Source: Marsupella aquatica
Lineage: Eukaryota; Plantae; Marchantiophyta
Reading direction: 5' to 3'
Length of the DNA stretch: 64,000 nucleotides
NCBI GenBank assembly: GCA_973895155.1
Contig: OZ316891.1
Coordinates: 29,189,611-29,253,610 of the forward strand
In this document: positions 58,503-64,000 of the stretch, one piece after another
Layout: each line of letters starts with the position of its first letter
Numbering within the stretch: the stretch's first letter is position 1
Made by a program: the position numbers and the translations under genes
Notes under the pieces: generated by a model
Databases searched by the model: none
What the model was told of the DNA's origin: nothing
The model's input: only the letters and a program-made list of their open reading frames with translations

Positions 58503-59140
58503 ATGATCCAGATAAAGGTTGTCCTACACAACAACCAGAAGTTTTGGGATATTTCCAACATGTGGCAATTGATTATTAAATGTATCAGGAGGAAGCAAAA
58601 CTCATATTCTCACTCTCTGGCTGACAAAAGCACTGGGCTAGGAAAGTTTGCACGCTACCGCACACACACACACATAGAGCACAGCACAAAGATTATTCAT
58701 TAATTAATTGCTACACACGAAAGAACCACTCTCTCTCCCCCTCCACTGGTCTGCGAATGCCCACCTAGGTGACCTGCATCCAACATCCAGGCTCCAAGAT
58801 CTACCTCCTGTAGGTCCCACATTGGTGCCAATCCCAATCCTCTGATTCCACCGTTTCCCCATAGCTCTGAAGCTCGTCCCTTCCTTCACCTAGCTCAACT
58901 GTCTCTGGCCACTGTACTCGTCAAGCTTGGAAAACAAACGAGAGAGAGTGGAGATTGAGAGAGATTGCTGGCCACAAAGCAGATGAGCTGAGCTCAGCAG
59001 ATTTTCAAACTCTTCGTCGTGATTCGAAATGCTTGTGGTGGTTGTTGGACCAGGAAGGTTTGTGACCGGGAACCGAGATGGTGTGCTTTGCTGCCAGGAG
59101 TAGAGAGCGCTAGGGCCTTGACTTGAATTGGGACAAGGTG

Positions 59141-60877
59141 GTTTAGTGAGAAGGCAAAGTATTGGCCATTTCAGTTTTATGGAGTCGGTGCAATTGACGT
59201 CTTACAGTCCGGATTGTGTTGAGTTACGATGTTGGCTGCATCGTTCGCAGGATTAGCGAAGGGGATTTCACAAATTCACGCCATGACTGAATGAACCGGT
59301 CTTGTGGGTTTTTGTGTGGAGGGGCGATTCGGCAATAATCAATCGTAGCGCGTTTGATAATCTCGAACGACTGAAGCATTCTGTCGAGTGGCATTCCCGA
59401 GGAGGAAAAGGAGCCGCAAACATCTTCGAACGACGAACATGCCATGTACGTCCTTGCTCTGCAATTCCCACCCGCATTGTACACATTTGTCACATCCGGC
59501 TGAGTGAGCTCGGTGCTGGCTGACGGCTCCGCATAAACAAAATCGCCAGGATCTCGGAGAGCGCATCTTTGGCGCTCCCTTTACCAGCATGGATGGATTT
59601 GGCCCGATTTTAAGGAGTTAACGATGTTTGGAGCTATAGTTCTGTAGGTTGTGTGGATCGGATGCCTTTGAAGGGAGCGTGATGGTCCTTTATCGTGCAG
59701 GCTCTCCTGCTGTAGGTGATGAGGGAGTGTGACCTACTTGGGGTGTTGCTCATGGCATAGATTGTGTGAATTGGCCATAGGCCTTGGGAGGAAGGCTTAG
59801 TGTTGCGATTGTCCATTGGCTGCGTTGCTATCGGCCAGCTCCTGCTGCTGGTGATGAGGAGTGTGAGGCCTTGCTCATTGGCTTAGTTGGCATCGGTCGG
59901 AGTAGTTTGGAGGGAGTACTGTGGTACTATTCGTCGTACTTACACTGCCGGTCAGTTGCTCTTGGTGAGGAATGTGACCTAACTGGATTTTTACTGCCGA
60001 GATCTGCGAGGAAGGGAGGGAAGAGAAGGAATTCGGAGTGAGGGTGTGTCTGGAATTGACTGACAAGGAGATTGCTCTCCTTCGTGCAGTTGTGAGTTGT
60101 AGAGGACTGTAGTTGCTTCTATCAGTGTTGCGTCTCGTGGTGCTCCTGCCATTTTGCACTTAGTGACTGGCAAAGTCTTCGGGAACGAAAGTGTGGACGA
60201 AGAGATTGATAATCAAATTACAGTGAAGCAATTGCAGGGATATTGAAACCTTTAGGATTTTTCCTCCTCTAGGTTTGCTACTTATTAAATGGTTTGGCTG
60301 TGTTATCGTGAGCAGCATTGTTGGTTCAAGTGAGCAGCATTGTTGGTCCGTATGTTCTGATAAATTTTCAAAAGGAGAGAATGATCGATGCTGCTCTGAT
60401 ATGATTGACCTTAGCAACATCCCTTTCAGCTCTGCTGCTGATGGGTGGAGCAACTGAGAGCGATTTCCAATCCCTCAGTATTTCAGAGAGGAGGGAGTGC
60501 TTTATCAGTCTGGCATACTCTTTTCACAACTGGCATTCTCAATATGAAATTCTGAAACTTTCGCCCGCCCTCACGAATTTTTGCCGCACACCTATTTCGG
60601 ATTGAATATTCAGTGATGGCTGAGATCTGTGTGATTCTCAGTAATTTGGCAGGCCTGTGTAGTCTCTTGTTTGGACAAGGTATATTAGTGTTAAGTGAGA
60701 AGTCAAAGTATTGGCCATTTCAGTTTATGGAGTCGGTGCAGTTGACGTCTTACAGTACGGATTGTGTTGAGTTACGATTTTGGCTGCATGGTTCGCAGGA
60801 TTAGCGAAGGGATTGCACAAATTCACGCCACGAGTGAATGAACCAGTTTTGTGGGGCTTTGTGTGGAGGGGAGATTC
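59141..60877. repeat. ~190-bp direct repeat pair (59141-59330 and 60690-60877)
   Basis: Nearly identical CAAAGTATTGGCCATTTCAGTTT..ATGGAGTCGGTGCA..TTCGCAGGATTAGCGAAGGG..TTTGTGTGGAGGGG, ~1.55 kb apart. Confidence 0.92.
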
Positions 60878-61077
60878 CGCGCGCAGTGTTTGACAGAGCA
60901 GAGTAAGGGATTATTCAATAGTGCGTGCAGAATGGGAATTTCCTTAGCATGGAGGGCGTAATTGTGGAGGTGGCAAATTTGACAGGCGGCTGAATATACG
61001 GATCCAAGGCTGCGTGCTCCTTGTGAAGGTGACGCAGGCTACAGAGGGGGCTACTCAAGTGCCCCTCAGGTGCAAAG

Positions 61078-63638
61078 ATGGGGACCCTTGTTAATGTGGG
61101 TGTCACATCATCTGTTCCACGGGCACAGACGTCGGACATCTTCAAGTGCAGTTTCGGTGTAAGCTTTTTGGATCACTTCCACTTTAAGTTGCGAGATGTT
61201 TCTAATTTCCGGGTTTTGTCTTCGTTCTTCTGGTGTATATACTGCTTCTTGTCTTTTTGACGATTTCTGCTATAACCCAAATCTGCGAAGGAAATTTTTT
61301 AGACCCGACCTTAATTTACTCAAACAGTGTCATATTAAATTGTGTGCGATTGTGAGCTGCAAGGATGCCTTCAGTCTTCCTGGCGATACCGATGCGATTC
61401 TTGGATTTTCTCTTTTGGATCAGTGTTTTTTGGGGGTTTTGATTTGTTTGCTTTTCTCGGTCGTGCATTCAATTCGTTATCTGGATTGAAAATTCGCCAC
61501 CTGTTATTGCGTCTTAGCCATCTAGGCATGGTCAGTAAACGCTGCGGCAGTGGAAATTGGCTTCCGAAGTGGTTTCCTGTCCTTAATGGAAGAGGGTCTT
61601 GATGGCAATGGACACTTCAGACCACGCGTGTTTCTCTTTCCTCGCTTCCGTGCTTTTAACGTGCAGGGACTGTTGTGCAGCTTAAACCTAGGGTCTCCGT
61701 TGCAAGACCGAGGCAGCATACAAGCATTAAGGCAGCTCTCAGATTTCAAGATTTACAGGCAGATGATTTTCGACACCCACTAGATAGACAGGTACTGCTG
61801 TAGCTCTCCTCCTTCTGCCATGGAGCTGAAACCTGACCATTGGAGGAATAAGGAATTGCGGTCAGGTGGCCAAGAGCTCGTCGATGAGTCTGTGGAATTC
61901 AGAGCTGAACCTGTTTTGCATGTTTCTCGGCTAAAGCAAAAGTGGTGAATTTTGAAAATTTCTAAGATTTATGAGATTTCTGGCTGGGACACTCATCCTG
62001 ACGTCGTTGGCCTTTTGACAGAATACAACGCTCCTGCGAACTATTCCCGGGCTGGCCGAAATAGGAAAGTTCTTGCTTGGTAGGTCTATTGCTCTCACCT
62101 GGAATCTTTGCAACCATATTGGTTTCCTTGTCACCATTTGTTCATTTGCGAGAATTTTACCATAGTAAAACATGAGAGTTTGTTTTAATAACAGTACCTT
62201 TGAAGGGTGATTAAATCGCTCTACCGTCATTGCTTTGACAGGGTCTACCGCAGAGCAGGTGATGCTTCTGGAGAATATCGGCACCTCTGTGCTTGTGGGT
62301 GAGGATCAGGTTAGTGCCTCTCGAGACTCTTCTGTGTATTCTAGGAAGTATACACAAGTGCCTAATATTGCTTGTTGTATGCTGCAGAATTTAATTTGTT
62401 GGCTAGCTCATAGGTCGACACGATCTATGTGTTTTCTAAGATTGAACCTGAGACTATCAGGAATTCGTAATCAAGGTTAGAGCCACCTCATCCAGCACGT
62501 ATCTAATATATCAACTCTCTTAACCCCAGCTTGCAGATCTACACAGTTTGATGCTAAAGGCGGCTAATATACTTGATCTCGAAGCTCCAGACCTATATGT
62601 ACGGCAAAATCCAGTGCCAAATGCATACACTTTGGCTGTGTCTGGCCGAAAGCCATTTGTTGTTGTTCACACCAGTTTGGTTGAGCTTCTGTCTCCAGAC
62701 GAACTGCAGGTGGAATCTCTAACACTTACTCGATTCGTATGCCCTGTTTTGTCTTCACTTGTATGTTGCTGCTGGCCTGTTTCATCACCTGGACCAGGTC
62801 CAAGTTTTGCTACGAAGTCAATGCGGTGCATGTTTAATTTAGCAGAAGTCTTGCATTGGATCTTAGCTCCGCGCTTATAACTCTCATCTCGGAAGATGTA
62901 GCCCTTATGTTATGCACTCAATATTACAAGGGATTGCGGGTTTTGTAGCTCATATCCGTCTTACATTATGGGGAAGGCTGTGACAAAATCCACATTACAC
63001 AATGAATGATCATGCTATTAAGTTATGTCAGACGGCAAATATATTGGGTAACAATCCAGTGCAGAGTGGAGACCCTACCGTATGTACACAGTTTTAGGAA
63101 AATGACCCAGAACTCCTTCGAGGTTGTAGTTCATCATGTACTGGCGCGAGTAGCGGAAAGAAATTTGTTGTAGTTTCTGAACCTTGATGCGGATGATGTC
63201 TACAGGCTGTTCTTGCACACGAATTAGGACATCTCAAGTGTGACCATGGCATATGGTTATCATTTGCAAATGTTGTGGCTTTGGGTGCTTATTCTCTTCC
63301 TGGTACTGAGATCTTTAAACCCCCGCATCTGGCACAACAAGGTCCAAATATTCTTAGTGTGCGCTAGATTAGAGCTGTCTGACAATTTTGTGTGAGTATT
63401 ATTGCTCTTGTGGTGAAAGAAATTGACGGTTCTGATGATCTGACGTGGTGATTGTTTTTGTAAGTCTCAATGAAGATCGCTATTTGAATGTTTTACTAGT
63501 TTTATGACGTCATAAATGTGATTATTAGGTTTGGGGGTCTTCCTTGCTCGAAATCTGGAGGAACAACTGATGAGATGGGTGAGGGCAGCTGAGCTTACTT
63601 GTGATAGGGCAGCATTACTTGTGGCCCAGGATCCAGAG
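61078..63638 (+). CDS. PGM48: Plastoglobule M48 zinc metallopeptidase, 5' part (gene continues beyond the window)
   Basis: Confident exons: ~61667/61681-61791 (FQDLQADDFRHPLDRQ), 62022-62079, 62242-62309 (QVMLLENIGTSVLV), 62530-62709 (YVRQNPVPNAYTLA..PFVVVHTSL), 63206-63302 (AVLAHELGHLKCDHG, the HExxH motif) and 63529-63638 (RAAELTCDRAALLVAQDP). The first exon (ATG 61078 to ~61158, transit-peptide-like) and a possible small exon at ~61526-61571 are tentative. Confidence 0.9.
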
Positions 63639-64000
63639 GTAGGATTTCATCTCGAAGCTAAAACTATTTCTTGCATTTCCAGTCATGGACAGAAGGCAAC
63701 CGCGGATTGTCCAGTCGATTGAGCAGAGTATCCATTTATGACGGGTATACAGACCATTACTAGCATTGGACGCGTGCTGCATGTCCCTTGTCCAGCTAGT
63801 GCCTGTTTTGATTGAACACCGAAAAGCGGTCTGCGAATCTAAAGCAATCTTGTAGCGCCGATGTGGCTGTGCATATATTTAAGGTTTCCAAAAGGAAAAT
63901 TCCGTCTTTCCGGATGCAAGAAATAGTGTTTATAGGGTGGGCTAGACATATGCTGAGTCATTCTCTAGAACAGTGCAAATCAGCTATGCAGCTTCTTTGA

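Overview
This is eukaryotic land-plant nuclear DNA with spliceosomal introns. It looks like a bryophyte or liverwort, but that is inferred from gene style, not proven. Seven protein-coding genes can be reconstructed exon by exon: plastid phosphoserine phosphatase (7 exons, -), an intronless cis-prenyltransferase (+), Lunapark (5 coding exons, +), an intronless CLAVATA1/BAM-type LRR receptor kinase (+), two divergent inverted F-box/kelch-like paralogs (one with a GC-AG intron), and a plastoglobule M48 peptidase that runs off the right end. The intergenic DNA is rich in small mobile elements whose boundaries can be read directly from the sequence. These include a 5'-truncated L1 nested in a TA-flanked Tc1/mariner MITE, a tRNA-derived SINE carrying a hAT MITE, further hAT and Mutator MITEs, and a complete 333-bp TRIM (tiny non-autonomous LTR retrotransposon). 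The TRIM is the highlight: both of its LTRs contain a tRNA-like cloverleaf with Pol III boxes, and it has a PBS, a PPT and a perfect 5-bp TSD. Three ORF-less GC-rich islands are each followed by tandem repeats, and one of these arrays is made of ~70-nt hairpin units. No CRISPR array, rRNA gene or intact tRNA gene was found.
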